Positions 1 to 11,504 are shown, counted from the stretch's first letter. The stretch is DNA of 64,000 nt from Janthinobacterium lividum (GCA_943372275.1 CALRYE020000004.1:1730-65729); one strand, 5' to 3'. Notes: a model not told the origin generated them from the sequence alone. A program made the numbers and translations.

Positions 1-1381
1 CCATGTGCCAGGTTTCCAGGTAGGCGCAGACCGCGCCCTTGCGCTTGCCGCCCTGGTTGACCGCCACGGCGGTGTCGTTGACCACTTTCAGGAACGGCAC
101 CACGCCTTGCGACTTGCCGTTGGTGCCCTTGATGTGGGCGCCGAGCGCGCGCACCGGGGTCCAGTCGTTACCCAGGCCGCCGGCGTATTTGGCCAGCAGG
201 GCGTTTTCCTTGATGGCGTCGTAGATGCCTTCCAGGTCGTCCGACACGGTGGTCAGGTAGCACGACGACAGTTGCGAGCGCAGGGTGCCCGAGTTGAACA
301 GGGTCGGCGTCGAGCTCATGAAGTCGAACGACGACAGCAGGTTGTAGAACTCGATGGCGCGCGCTTCGCGGTTTTCTTCGCGCAGCGACAGGCCCATGGC
401 CACGCGCATGTAGAACGCCTGTGGCATTTCGATGCGCACGTCGCGCACGTGCAGGAAGTAACGGTCGTACAGGGTTTGCAGGCCGATGTAGCCGAACTGC
501 AAGTCACGGTCGGCGACCAGCGCCTTGGCCAGCTTGGCCAGGTCGAACGTGGCCAGCACCGGGTCCAGCAATTCGTTCTGGATACCCTTGGCGATGTAGT
601 TTGGGAAGTACTCTATATAGTGTGCGGCGGCTTTGGCTTGCGGTACTTCCTGCTCGAACACTTCCTTGCGGATGGTGTGCAGCAAAATGCGGGCGGTCAC
701 TTGCGAGTAGGCCGGGTCCTTTTCCATCAGGGCTCTAGCAGCCAGGATGGCGGACTTGTGCAGCTCTTCGACGGGCACGCCGTCGTACAGGTTCTTGACC
801 GTTTCGGCCAGGATGGCGTCGGCGTCGACGTGCTTTTCCAGGCCGACGCAGGCAGCGTTGATCAGGTCGCGGACCTGGTTCATGTCCAGCAGGCGGCGTT
901 CGCCGTTTTCAGTGACGTGGATTTGCGGCGCGGCCACGTCGGACGAGCCGCCTTGCGCTTCCTTCTGCAGGCGGCGCTCTTCCATGTGCTTGGCGCGGTA
1001 CAACACGTAGGCGCGCGCGACGTCATGCTCACCGGAGCGCATCAGCGACAGTTCGACCTGGTCTTGTACGTCTTCGATATGAAAGGTGCCGCCGGACGGC
1101 TGGCGGCGCACCAGCGCGGCCACGACGTTGTTGGTCAGCTGCTCGACGATGTCGCGCACGCGCGCCGACGCGGCGCTTTGCCCGCCGTGCACGGCCAGGA
1201 AAGCCTTGGTCATGGCGACCTGGATCTTGGATGGTTCAAACGCGACCACGGCGCCATTGCGGCGGATGATGCGGAAGTCGCCGTTCGAGGCGATGGTGGT
1301 GGCACTGGTGGTGGTGGCCGAACTGGCAGCTCCAGGTGTGACGTGCAGGGAAGTAGTCGATAGGTCTTGGGATGTTTGCAT
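1..1381 (-). CDS. nrdA: Ribonucleoside-diphosphate reductase alpha subunit (class Ia), N-terminal ~460 codons; 3' end lies beyond the window
   Basis: Absent from the ORF track because it runs off the left edge. Reverse-strand translation from ATG 1381..1379 (AGGAGG just upstream) reads MQTSQDLSTTSLHVTPG. It continues through an ATP-cone-like segment DFRIIRRNGAVVAFEP. At the window edge it reads NQGGKRKGAVCAYLETWH, a class I large-subunit signature. The listed + ORF 5..1363 is its shadow. Confidence 0.85.
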   Translation of the reverse strand, partial: MQTSQDLSTTSLHVTPGAASSATTTSATTIASNGDFRIIRRNGAVVAFEPSKIQVAMTKAFLAVHGGQSAASARVRDIVEQLTNNVVAALVRRQPSGGTFHIEDVQDQVELSLMRSGEHDVARAYVLYRAKHMEERRLQKEAQGGSSDVAAPQIHVTENGERRLLDMNQVRDLINAACVGLEKHVDADAILAETVKNLYDGVPVEELHKSAILAARALMEKDPAYSQVTARILLHTIRKEVFEQEVPQAKAAAHYIEYFPNYIAKGIQNELLDPVLATFDLAKLAKALVADRDLQFGYIGLQTLYDRYFLHVRDVRIEMPQAFYMRVAMGLSLREENREARAIEFYNLLSSFDFMSSTPTLFNSGTLRSQLSSCYLTTVSDDLEGIYDAIKENALLAKYAGGLGNDWTPVRALGAHIKGTNGKSQGVVPFLKVVNDTAVAVNQGGKRKGAVCAYLETWHM

Positions 1382-1607
1382 GCGTCCTCCTGGAACGGCT
1401 GGCAGCGTATTGCCGCCGGTGTTGTTATCAATGGGCCGGCCGGGTGGGCCGACGACCTAAATTACGTAAAAAAAGCCAACAACAATGCCCAACCCACCGG
1501 AAACGCACGGTGGGGATGGACCTCAACAAGGGGTAAAAAACGCTAACAGTATGGCAAGTTGATGGGTGGTGCCATGTTCGCGCATAGGGGTTTGATCTTC
1601 GCCTGGA

Positions 1608-1653
1608 CTACTAGATGTAGTGTGTTGTCAAATTTGAGAACTAATTGTAGTGG
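1608..1653 (-). promoter_or_regulatory. Candidate tandem NrdR boxes upstream of nrdA
   Basis: Two imperfect palindromes, read on the minus strand: ACACTACATCTAGTAGT (1624..1608) and CCACTACAATTAGTTC (1653..1638). Their centres are ~30 bp apart and they flank a TTGACA hexamer. They resemble the acaCwAtATaTwgtgt NrdR box pattern and sit ~230 nt upstream of the nrdA start. Confidence 0.5.
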
Positions 1654-2023
1654 CTAGGCCAAACGTGTGCAATAGCTAACTGGAATCAAACTTGGGTTTT
1701 TATTTTCCGCGCCAACCTTGACATTTTCGACCTGTGACGCGGGTTGTGTCAGCAGGTTAGCAAGCACTAACGTTGCCAAATTAATAGGCAGAAATAGATG
1801 GAGTTGCGGCGCGGAATTGGAGGCGATATCGGGCCATGGCAGCGATGGTTTGCGCTCGGTTGTCTGGTGGTCGACCTGCTAGATGGTTGGCGGACCGGCA
1901 GTATAGAGGATGGAGGGCAGTTATGACAGCTTCGCGTCGTGGCAGTAGCGCACGAGAACGGCGGCAATCGCTGGATCGCGTTGGTGGCATGCGGTCACCG
2001 GATCAGTGAAGAGCCGATCCGCT

Positions 2024-2049
2024 GCCCTCACGAAGGCGAGGGCCCATAC
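2024..2049. repeat. Single copy of the dispersed REP-like hairpin family
   Basis: GCCCTCACGAAGGCGAGGGCCCATAC has the same stem-loop plus CCCATA tail as the copies at 12.1, 16.2, 39.4 and 44.8 kb. Confidence 0.55.
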
Positions 2050-2076
2050 TTCAGCGCCGCAGTCGGCGCAGCAAGA

Positions 2077-2391
2077 TCAAGCCGGCGCGCCCGTCAGCCG
2101 CGCAATCTCTACCGACCCATGCTCATCGAAAATCGGGCACTGCTCGGCCAGACGCACGGCCTCATTGAAGTCCGCCGCGGCAATCACCGAGTAGCCCGAC
2201 ATCGCGCTGCCCGACAACTTGGGACCGAGCAGCCGGCTCGGCACTTCCACGCTGGCGTGGGTCAGGCTGCCGCGGTCGATGACGGCCGCACCCAGGCCGT
2301 CGAACCACGCCGCCCACTGTTGCGGGTCGTGGTCGGCGGCGTCGTCCGAGCCGCCCGGCGCGCCGCGATATACGATCAAGAATTTTTCCAT
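2077..2391 (-). CDS. YCII-related (YciI/DGPF-like) small protein
   Basis: 104-aa ORF MEKFLIVYRGAPGG...SGYSVIAAADFNEAVRLAEQCPIF. Size and N-terminal beta-strand pattern are typical of YciI-like proteins. GGGGA lies upstream of the ATG. Confidence 0.55.
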   Translation of the reverse strand: MEKFLIVYRGAPGGSDDAADHDPQQWAAWFDGLGAAVIDRGSLTHASVEVPSRLLGPKLSGSAMSGYSVIAAADFNEAVRLAEQCPIFDEHGSVEIARLTGAPA

Positions 2392-2528
2392 GCCAGTCCC
2401 CTGCCTCGAATGTTAAGCATACGCGGCAGCCCAATGTGCCGCGCCCATGCAGAAACATTAACAGAAGCACCAACGCGGCGACGCACCGCTGGGAACGCCA
2501 AACCACTGCCCGGCAGCGCACGGCAATC

Positions 2529-3980
<1,452 letters not shown>

Positions 3981-4051
3981 GGCACTGCCTTTCCGTTACT
4001 GCTGCTATATTTAAGACGTCACGCCGATCCGGCCGTGTATGCCACCACCAC

Positions 4052-5749
4052 CTACGCCGCCAGCGGCTGAGCGAAGCTGATCACAAACCGCCCGCTGGCC
4101 TTGTGCTGGCCGAACGCGGCGGCGTCGAAGCGGTACTCGTAGTCGAGCATGGCTTCATTGTTCAGGCACAGCTCGCGCGCCAGGTACAGGCCGAGCCCGG
4201 TGCCCTTGCTGGAGGTCGTATAAAACGGCTCGAACAGGTGGGCGCGGATTTCCGGCGTGATGCCGGGGCCGTCGTCCTGCACGTGCATTTCCATCCGTCC
4301 CGCCGCATCGGTGACCACGTAGATGCGGATGCTGCCGGCCATGCCGCTGGCGTAGCGGATCGCGTTGGTCAGCAGGTTGACCAGCACTTCGCGCAGGTGC
4401 AACGCATCGAAGCGCACCGGCGTGGTCCCGGTATTCCCCAGCGCCACTATATCACCGGCCAGCGCGTGGGTTTCCTGAAATTCCGTCTTCAACTCTTGCA
4501 GGAAATTCGACAGGTACAGCGGGTCGCCGTTGGGCTGTACCTTGCGCGAGAGCTGCAGGATATCTTCGACCATGCGGTTGACCCGGGCCACGTTGTCGCC
4601 GACGATCTTGAGCAGGCGCGCGTGGGTCGGCGCCGTCAGGTCCTCGGCCAGCAACGCGGTGGCGTGGCCGATGGCCGAGAGCGGGTTGCGCACTTCGTGG
4701 GCGATGCTGGCCGTGAGGCGCCCCATCGAGGCCAGCTTCAGTTCCTGGGCCTGATTCTCGATGGCGGTGACGTCCTGCATGAAAATCACGCAGCGCCCGG
4801 CCACCTCGTCGGGCGTGTCGACCCGGGCGAAGCGCAGCTTGAGGTGGGCGGCCAAGTCGCGCCGGCCGCTCCAGGCGGCGCTGCGCCCCTCGGCGGCGTT
4901 GTCGTGATACGGCTTGACGGTGACGAAGGCGGCGCGCTGGCCGCCGCGGCCAGGCGCGTTATTGTGTTCCAGCCAGGCCGTGAAGGCTTGCGCGATCGGT
5001 TCCAGCGCCGGCATGTCCTGCAGGCGGAAGCGGTGTTCGCCGTCGACCAGGCCCAGCATGTACTGGGCCGCCGGGTTGCCGGTAAATACCTGGCCGTCGC
5101 GCCCCACCACCAGGATGCCGTCGCCCACGTCGGCAATGATGATCTGGTTGATCGCCTGCTGAATCTTGAGGTCGGCGCCGTGGCGCACGGCCAGCTCTTC
5201 CTGATCGATCAGCTTGGCGGCGAGCCGGTTGAGCAGGGTGACGATGGCGAAAAAGGCCGCGCAGAACAGCCCGGCCTGCATCAGCGGCGCGCGCGCGTCG
5301 TCCATCAGCACCTGGTAGATGCTCTGGGACAGCAGGAACAGGGTGACCAGCGCGGCCCAGGCGAGCGCCTGTATCAACGGCACCAGGATGGCGGCCCCGG
5401 CCAGCGGGAACAGGAACAGGATGATCAGGGGGCTGCGCCCGCCCCCGCTGATCATGAACAGCAATGCGATGACGCCGATATCGACGGCGATCTGCAGGGT
5501 GATCTGCAGCAGAAAGCGCCGCCGCACATAGGCGGTCAGGCCGGCGAAGCCCACCGCCAGCGCCACGTAGACGCTGCAGATCTGTGCATACAATCCCGTG
5601 TTGGCGCCGGCGTCGCCCAGCTCCAGCGACAGGTAGACCAGCAGCACGACGGCAATCACCACGCGCGTGGCGTTGAGCGCCTGCAGCGAGCGCCAGAAGG
5701 TGTCGCGCGAGGTGGCCGACAGCGCGCTCCAGCGGCTGCGCAAGGTCAC
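4052..5749 (-). CDS. Polytopic sensor histidine kinase (PilS-like: N-terminal TM bundle + PAS + HisKA/HATPase)
   Basis: H-box SIAHEVRNPLSAI, N-box LVNLLTNAIRYA, G-boxes DDGPGI and GTGLGL. Several hydrophobic helices lie at the N-terminus. The start is placed at GTG 5749, overlapping the upstream stop (GTGA); the ORF-track extension to 6064 overlaps the upstream gene in another frame. Confidence 0.8.
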   Translation of the reverse strand: MTLRSRWSALSATSRDTFWRSLQALNATRVVIAVVLLVYLSLELGDAGANTGLYAQICSVYVALAVGFAGLTAYVRRRFLLQITLQIAVDIGVIALLFMISGGGRSPLIILFLFPLAGAAILVPLIQALAWAALVTLFLLSQSIYQVLMDDARAPLMQAGLFCAAFFAIVTLLNRLAAKLIDQEELAVRHGADLKIQQAINQIIIADVGDGILVVGRDGQVFTGNPAAQYMLGLVDGEHRFRLQDMPALEPIAQAFTAWLEHNNAPGRGGQRAAFVTVKPYHDNAAEGRSAAWSGRRDLAAHLKLRFARVDTPDEVAGRCVIFMQDVTAIENQAQELKLASMGRLTASIAHEVRNPLSAIGHATALLAEDLTAPTHARLLKIVGDNVARVNRMVEDILQLSRKVQPNGDPLYLSNFLQELKTEFQETHALAGDIVALGNTGTTPVRFDALHLREVLVNLLTNAIRYASGMAGSIRIYVVTDAAGRMEMHVQDDGPGITPEIRAHLFEPFYTTSSKGTGLGLYLARELCLNNEAMLDYEYRFDAAAFGQHKASGRFVISFAQPLAA

Positions 5750-6030
5750 ACCGGCGGCAGGCGCACGTGGGCCGGACTGCAATAGTCTTGGCCGTCGGCT
5801 TTGACCGCCTCGGAGGCGGGAAAGTAGACGTGGCAATGCTGGCAGCACGCCATCGGCTCGGTTTGCCCGACCTGCATGTTGGCGTTGGCGCCGCTGTTGC
5901 CACTGCTGCCGGCGCTGCTGGCATTGTCGCGCGCGGCCTGGTTGGCCTTGACGGCGGCGCTGCGGATCTTGCTGCGAATGGCCGCCACTACCAGGCAGAA
6001 CAGGGCGATCCAGAACAGAATACGGCTCAT
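5746..6030 (-). CDS. Small membrane-anchored Cys-rich protein (PP0621-family-like)
   Basis: MSRILFWIALFCLVVAAIRS is a TM anchor, followed by a C-terminal MACCQHCHVYFP...DYCSPAHV metal-binding-like motif. The start ATG 6030 overlaps the ypjD-like stop (ATGA). Confidence 0.55.
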   Translation of the reverse strand: MSRILFWIALFCLVVAAIRSKIRSAAVKANQAARDNASSAGSSGNSGANANMQVGQTEPMACCQHCHVYFPASEAVKADGQDYCSPAHVRLPPV

Positions 6031-6833
6031 ACGAAACCCCGGTGGAGTATGACTTCGAAGACAAAACGGCTGCCGATGTAGGCCAGCACCAAGGTGGCGA
6101 AACCGGCCAGCGTGAAGCGCAGCGCGGTCTTGCCGCGCCAGCCGCGCCAGCGCCGGCCTGCCAGCAAGGCGCCGAACAGCACCCACGACAGCAGCGCGAA
6201 GATGGTTTTATGATCCCAGTTCAGTGGCTTGCCGAACAGCTGTTCCGAAAACAGCACGCCCGACAGCACGGTCAGGGTCAGCAGCACGAAGCCGATGGCG
6301 ATCAGGCGGAACAGCAGCTTTTCCATCGTCATCAACGCGGGCAGCTGGTCGATGGCGCCGGACAGCCAGCCGCCGCCGCTCGGCCCGCGCGTATGCAGGC
6401 GCGCTTCCTGCAGCGCCATCAGCACGGCGTGAAAGGCGGCGATGGTCAGGGTGCTGTAGGCCAGAATCGCCACGGCGATGTGCCAGCCGTAGGCCGGCGC
6501 CTTGCCCTCGAGCTGCAGCACGCTGCCGGGAAACATGATCGGCAGCAGCGTGGCGGCGACCGCGCACGGCATCACCAGGCGGCGCAGCCCGTCCAGGGAG
6601 TAATTGCGGTTTTCGATCCAGTACGCCGCCACCGAGACCCACAGCGCCGCCGAGATCATCATCGCGAAGCCGAAGCGCGGGTTGTCGGAGGCGGTCAGGT
6701 CGGCCGCCAGCGCGGCGCCATGCAGCAGCCACGCCAGCGCGGTGGCGCCGGACAGGGTGCGGCCGGTCGCCGCGGGAAGGAACGCGCACACGGCGTAGGC
6801 GAGCGCCGCTGCTAAAAGTAGATAAGTCTGCAT
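6027..6833 (-). CDS. Cytochrome c assembly family membrane protein (CcsA/YpjD-like)
   Basis: 268-aa polytopic protein MQTYLLLAAALAYAV... with a WxxW-rich C-terminal half (LNWDHKTIFALLSWVLFGALL). It is the first gene of an overlapping four-gene string. Confidence 0.7.
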   Translation of the reverse strand: MQTYLLLAAALAYAVCAFLPAATGRTLSGATALAWLLHGAALAADLTASDNPRFGFAMMISAALWVSVAAYWIENRNYSLDGLRRLVMPCAVAATLLPIMFPGSVLQLEGKAPAYGWHIAVAILAYSTLTIAAFHAVLMALQEARLHTRGPSGGGWLSGAIDQLPALMTMEKLLFRLIAIGFVLLTLTVLSGVLFSEQLFGKPLNWDHKTIFALLSWVLFGALLAGRRWRGWRGKTALRFTLAGFATLVLAYIGSRFVFEVILHRGFV

Positions 6834-6963
6834 CCAGCAAGTTTACACTGGATCGCGCCGCGGCGGGCGGGTGACCTTGAGCGCCGGCGGCGATGGCAAA
6901 AAGTCGGCGCACGGATCGCGTCCACCCGGCCCAGGCCCTGCCGCGAGCGCCCCGCCGGCCACC

Positions 6964-7758
6964 CTAATCGACCGCCGCCATGCGCAGCTCATCGTTGTGA
7001 TGGCGCTGCTGCTCTTCCATGACCAAGAGGCCCAGCTCGCGTTTCAAGGCATTGAACTCGGCGGCGGCCGGGTCGCGCAGGCGCGGCAGGTCGACGATGA
7101 TGTCGCGCTTGATGGTGCCGGGCCGGTACGTCATGACGACAATGCGGTCGGCCAGGTAAATGGCTTCTTCGATGCTGTGGGTGACGAAAATGATGGTCTT
7201 CTTGAGCTCGGCCCAGATACGCAGCAGTTCATCCTGCAGGTTGCGGCGCGTGAGCGCGTCGAGTGCGCCGAACGGCTCGTCCATCAGCATGATGGGCGAG
7301 TCGAGCGCCAGGATGCGGGCGATCGCCACGCGCTGGCGCATGCCGCCCGACAAATCCTTGGGATAGCGCTGGCGAAAGTCGGCCAGCGACAGCATGGCCA
7401 GCAGCGCGCCTACCTTGGCGGCGATGGCGGCCTTGGAGTCGCCCTTGATTTCCAGACCGAAGGCGATGTTTTCCTCCACCGTCATCCAGGGGAACAGCGC
7501 GTACTCCTGGAACACCATGCCGCGCTCCGGCCCCGGCCCGGTGACCGGCACGCCATCGGCGACGATGCTGCCCGAGCTGGGCGGGGCGAACCCGGCCACG
7601 GCATTGAGCAGGGTCGACTTGCCGCAGCCGGACGGCCCCAGCAGGCAGACAAACTGGCCCTGTTCGATCGACAGGTTGATGTTCTGCAGCGCGACGACTT
7701 CGCGCGCATCGGTGGCAAACACCTTGTTGACACCCGAGATGACGATATGCGCGCTCAT
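6964..7758 (-). CDS. ABC transporter ATP-binding protein (NitT/TauT family)
   Basis: Walker A GPSGCGKST, signature LSGGMRQR, Walker B IMLMDEPFGALD. Confidence 0.9.
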   Translation of the reverse strand: MSAHIVISGVNKVFATDAREVVALQNINLSIEQGQFVCLLGPSGCGKSTLLNAVAGFAPPSSGSIVADGVPVTGPGPERGMVFQEYALFPWMTVEENIAFGLEIKGDSKAAIAAKVGALLAMLSLADFRQRYPKDLSGGMRQRVAIARILALDSPIMLMDEPFGALDALTRRNLQDELLRIWAELKKTIIFVTHSIEEAIYLADRIVVMTYRPGTIKRDIIVDLPRLRDPAAAEFNALKRELGLLVMEEQQRHHNDELRMAAVD

Positions 7759-8580
7759 TTAGTTCTCCAGGCCGCGGTGCCAGCGCAGCAAATGGTTGTT
7801 CAGGCGGTTCATGACCACGTCGATGGCCAGCCCCAGCATGCCGATGGTGATCATGCCGGCCATGATTTTGTCGGACCAGAAATACTCGCGCGCTTCCAGG
7901 ATGCGAAAGCCCAGGCCGTTGTTCACGGCGATCATTTCCGACACGATCACCACGATGAAGGCGGTGCCGATGCCGATGCGCACGCCCGACAGGATGTAGG
8001 GTACGGCGGCCGGCAGCATCACGCGCAGGAACAGGGTGCGCTGGCTGGCGCCCAGGTTGCGCGCGGCGCGCAGGTAGATGCCGTCGACGTGGCGCACCCC
8101 GGCGATGGTATTCATCAGCACGGGGAAGAACGCGCCCAGCGCGATCAGGAACACGGCGGGCGGATTGCCCAGCCCGAACCACAGGATCGCCAGGGGAATG
8201 TAGGCGATCGGCGGAATCGGGCGCAGCAGCTGCACCAGGGGATTGAACCAGGCGTAGACACGCTGGCTGGCGCCCATCGACAGTCCCAGCGGCAAGGCCA
8301 GGCCGGCGCCGATCAGAAAGCCCACCGCCACCCGGTACATGCTGGTGGCCGCGTCGAGCAGCAGTTCGCCGGAAAACGCCCAGGCCAGCCAGCTGCTCTC
8401 GGTGGGCACGTGCGGCTGCATCGGCAACAGGTAGGCGATCCAGCGCTCGACCACCGCCAGCGGCGAAGGCAGTACCTGCGGATTGACCCAGCCCATCTGC
8501 GCCACCGTCTGCCACACGGCAATCACCACGGCGGGGGCCACCAGGCCGATGCCGATTTCCTTCATCTTCTTGCTGTTCAT
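7759..8580 (-). CDS. ABC transporter permease (NitT/TauT family)
   Basis: The start is chosen at MNSKKMKEIGIGLVAP (ATG 8580, GGAGG upstream). The longer ORF-track N-terminus is Arg/His/Gln-rich junk. The stop abuts the ATPase start. Confidence 0.85.
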   Translation of the reverse strand: MNSKKMKEIGIGLVAPAVVIAVWQTVAQMGWVNPQVLPSPLAVVERWIAYLLPMQPHVPTESSWLAWAFSGELLLDAATSMYRVAVGFLIGAGLALPLGLSMGASQRVYAWFNPLVQLLRPIPPIAYIPLAILWFGLGNPPAVFLIALGAFFPVLMNTIAGVRHVDGIYLRAARNLGASQRTLFLRVMLPAAVPYILSGVRIGIGTAFIVVIVSEMIAVNNGLGFRILEAREYFWSDKIMAGMITIGMLGLAIDVVMNRLNNHLLRWHRGLEN

Positions 8581-8648
8581 GCCGCCTCCGACGATGATGA
8601 CGCAATGACGTGAATGCTGCTCCTGCCCGCGGCTACTTCGTGGAGCGA

Positions 8649-9623
8649 CTACTTGACGTTGAGACTCTTCTTGGCCGCGATCAGCAGATCGGTCTTGACC
8701 CAGTCCTTGGCCACGGGCGGCTTGGCCATGCGCCCCACCCCGGTCTTGACCATGGTGTCGGTGGTGATCTGGATGTGCTCCGGCGTGATGTCGTACGAGT
8801 ACGGCGAATTGCTGATGGCGTCGTCGAAGTCGTCCTTGGTGATCTGGCCCTTGAAGATGACTTCGCGCACGTATTTTTCCGCCACGGCCTTGTTGTCGAT
8901 GAAGGTCTTGGTGGCTTCGACGAAGCACTTCATGAACTTCTCCGCCAGCGGGCGCTTTTCCCTGTAAAACTTTTCCGTCATGACCATGGTGCGGATCGGT
9001 TCGCCGATCGGGGTGTCATACGGCTTGATCACTTCCACCCCGTAGCCCTTGTTGATGGCCTGCGACGATTGCGGCTCGGACTGCATCATGGCGTCGATGT
9101 TCTTGCCCATCATGGCCTGGTTCAGGTCGGCGAACGGCAGGAACACCAGCTGCACATCCTTGCCCGGATTGCTGTCGGCGGTCAGACCCGCCTTTTGCAG
9201 CTCGGCCAGCATCAGCACTTCCTGGATGCCGCCGCGGGTCACGCCCACCTTCTTGCCCTTGAGGTCCTTGACGGTCTTGATGTTCAGTTCGGGACGGGCC
9301 ACCAGGCGCGCACCGCCCTTGGCGAAGCCGGCCACCACATAGATGGGCGCGCCGCCGGCGCGGCCGGAAATGGCCGCTTCCGAGGCGGTGGTGCCCACGT
9401 CCAGTTCGCCGGCGATGATGGCCTGCATCACATCCAGTCCCTTGGCGAAGATTTTTTCATCGACCTTGATGCCGCACTTGGGGGCGATTTCCTTGATGTA
9501 CGACACCGCGCCGTAATGGGCAAACTTCAGGTTGCCGAGACGGATCGTTTCCTGCGCCTGCGCGTGGGCCGCGCCGGCGACCATCATTGCCGCCAGGGTC
9601 AGGCAGATCATTTTTGTTTTCAT
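8649..9623 (-). CDS. ABC transporter periplasmic substrate-binding protein (NMT1/SsuA-like)
   Basis: Signal peptide MKTKMICLTLAAMMVAGAAHAQA, start at ATG 9623 with GGAG upstream. It is the first gene of the ABC operon. Confidence 0.8.
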   Translation of the reverse strand: MKTKMICLTLAAMMVAGAAHAQAQETIRLGNLKFAHYGAVSYIKEIAPKCGIKVDEKIFAKGLDVMQAIIAGELDVGTTASEAAISGRAGGAPIYVVAGFAKGGARLVARPELNIKTVKDLKGKKVGVTRGGIQEVLMLAELQKAGLTADSNPGKDVQLVFLPFADLNQAMMGKNIDAMMQSEPQSSQAINKGYGVEVIKPYDTPIGEPIRTMVMTEKFYREKRPLAEKFMKCFVEATKTFIDNKAVAEKYVREVIFKGQITKDDFDDAISNSPYSYDITPEHIQITTDTMVKTGVGRMAKPPVAKDWVKTDLLIAAKKSLNVK

Positions 9624-9891
9624 GGCTAGTCTCCAGTGGGAATATCGCTTAGTGAACACAGAACATTTGACGCAGATCGATGAAAAGCTGCTCGCTGCAT
9701 TATGCAGGCAAATCCGGCAATGTTTCCACTTCTCATGATGAAACAGAATCGCCCTACCTCACTTACCGGAATGACTACATGGCGACACCGGGCGGGACCG
9801 CTCTGCGCTAGGGTAAAATGACGTCATAGGGGCCTTGACGGCCCCATTGCCCGTTGTTGCTCACGCCGCCCACTCATTCGTCAGGTTCGCC

Positions 9892-11262
9892 ATGCTAGAT
9901 AACTTAACCCAACGCCTTGCCAAGGTCGTCAAGACCATGCGCGGTGAGGCCCGTCTGACCGAAACCAATACCGCCGAGATGCTGCGCGAAGTGCGCCTGG
10001 CGCTGCTGGAGGCGGACGTCGCGCTGCCGGCCGTGCGCGAGTTCATCGGCCGCGTCAAGGAAAAAGCCCTGGGCGAAGAAGTGCTCGCTTCGCTCAGCCC
10101 CGGCCAGGCGCTGGTCGGCGTGGTCCAGCGCGAGCTGGCCCAGCTGATGGGCGCCGATCTGGGTCCGGAAGCGTCGCAGATCAGCTTCGCCCAGCAGCCG
10201 CCGGCGATCATCCTGATGGCCGGTCTGCAGGGTGTCGGTAAGACCACCACCGTCGGCAAACTGGCCAAGTACCTCAAGGAACAGAAGAAGAAAAAAGTGC
10301 TGACCGTCTCGGCCGACGTGTACCGACCGGCCGCGATCGCCCAGCTCGAGTCCGTCACCAAGCAGGTCGGCGCCGACTTCTTCCCGTCGGCGACCACCGA
10401 CAAGCCGGTCGACATCGCGCTGGCCGCGCTGGACTGGGCCAAGAAGCACTACCACGATGTATTGATCATCGACACCGCCGGCCGCTTGGGTATCGACGAG
10501 GCGATGATGCAGGAGATCAGCGCCGTGCACGCGGCCGTGAAACCCATCGAAACTTTATTTGTCGTCGACGCCATGCTGGGCCAGGATGCGATCAACACGG
10601 CCAAGGCGTTCAACGACGCGCTGCCGCTGACCGGCATCGTGCTCACCAAGCTCGATGGCGACTCGCGCGGCGGCGCGGCGCTGTCGGTACGTCACATCAC
10701 CGGCAAACCGATCAAGTTCGCCGGCGTGTCGGAAAAGCTCGACGGCCTGGAAGCCTTCGACGCCCAGCGCATGGCCAACCGTATTTTGGGCATGGGCGAC
10801 ATCCTGGCGCTGGTCGAAGAAGCGCGCAAGGGCGTCGACAGCAAGGCCGCGGCCGACATGGCCAACAAGATCAAGGCCGGCGGGCGCTTCGACATGAACG
10901 ACTTCAAGTCGCAGCTGGGCCAGATGAAAAAGATGGGCGGCATGGCCAGCCTGATCGACAAGCTGCCGGCGCAGATGCAGCAGGCCGCCGGCGGCGCCAA
11001 CATGGACCAGGCCGACAAGCAGGTGCGGCGCATGGTCGGCATCATCGACTCGATGACCCCGGCCGAGCGGGCCAAGCCTGAGCTGATCAAGGCCACCCGC
11101 AAGCGCCGCATCGCCGCCGGCGCCGGCGTGCAGGTGCAGGAAGTGAACCGCATGCTGAACCAGTACGACCAGATGCAGACCATGATGAAAAAGCTTAAGG
11201 GCGGCGGCTTGATGAAGATGATGCGCGGGATGAAGGGCATGATGCCGGGCGGGATGGGCTAA
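9892..11262 (+). CDS. ffh: Signal recognition particle protein Ffh
   Basis: MLDNLTQRLAKVVKTMRGEARLTE, GTPase motifs GLQGVGKTT and DTAGRL, TKLDGDSRGGAALS, and a Met-rich C-terminal M domain. Confidence 0.95.
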   Translation: MLDNLTQRLAKVVKTMRGEARLTETNTAEMLREVRLALLEADVALPAVREFIGRVKEKALGEEVLASLSPGQALVGVVQRELAQLMGADLGPEASQISFAQQPPAIILMAGLQGVGKTTTVGKLAKYLKEQKKKKVLTVSADVYRPAAIAQLESVTKQVGADFFPSATTDKPVDIALAALDWAKKHYHDVLIIDTAGRLGIDEAMMQEISAVHAAVKPIETLFVVDAMLGQDAINTAKAFNDALPLTGIVLTKLDGDSRGGAALSVRHITGKPIKFAGVSEKLDGLEAFDAQRMANRILGMGDILALVEEARKGVDSKAAADMANKIKAGGRFDMNDFKSQLGQMKKMGGMASLIDKLPAQMQQAAGGANMDQADKQVRRMVGIIDSMTPAERAKPELIKATRKRRIAAGAGVQVQEVNRMLNQYDQMQTMMKKLKGGGLMKMMRGMKGMMPGGMG

Positions 11263-11504
11263 GCGGGGTGCTTTTAAAAGGGCGGGCGGCGCGGGCAATC
11301 CGCAGGGCTCCGTCCTACGCCGCTGCGGCGTAAATCGCGCTGGCGCAGAGGGGAAAATGCCAGACAGGCCGTAGTTCCGGGCTTTTCCCTATGAAATTGG
11401 CCAATTATTATCGAAAAACACTTGCATCAACAGTAAAACCCCACCAATATAAGCCGTGCGATCAATTGCGCAATTTCCCATGTGTTTGTTAAGGAGGCTC
11501 GAAG

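Noticed and set aside
5-1363. 452-aa + strand ORF covering the left end of the window
   Set aside because: It is a shadow of nrdA on the opposite strand. Its product is Arg/Gly/Val/His-rich with no motifs, whereas the minus strand gives clear class I RNR signatures.
5750-6064. N-terminal 105-codon extension of the kinase ORF (track start 6064)
   Set aside because: It overlaps the PP0621-like gene in another frame and encodes an Arg/Gln-rich peptide. A GTG at 5749 that overlaps the upstream stop gives a sensible TM-rich N-terminus.
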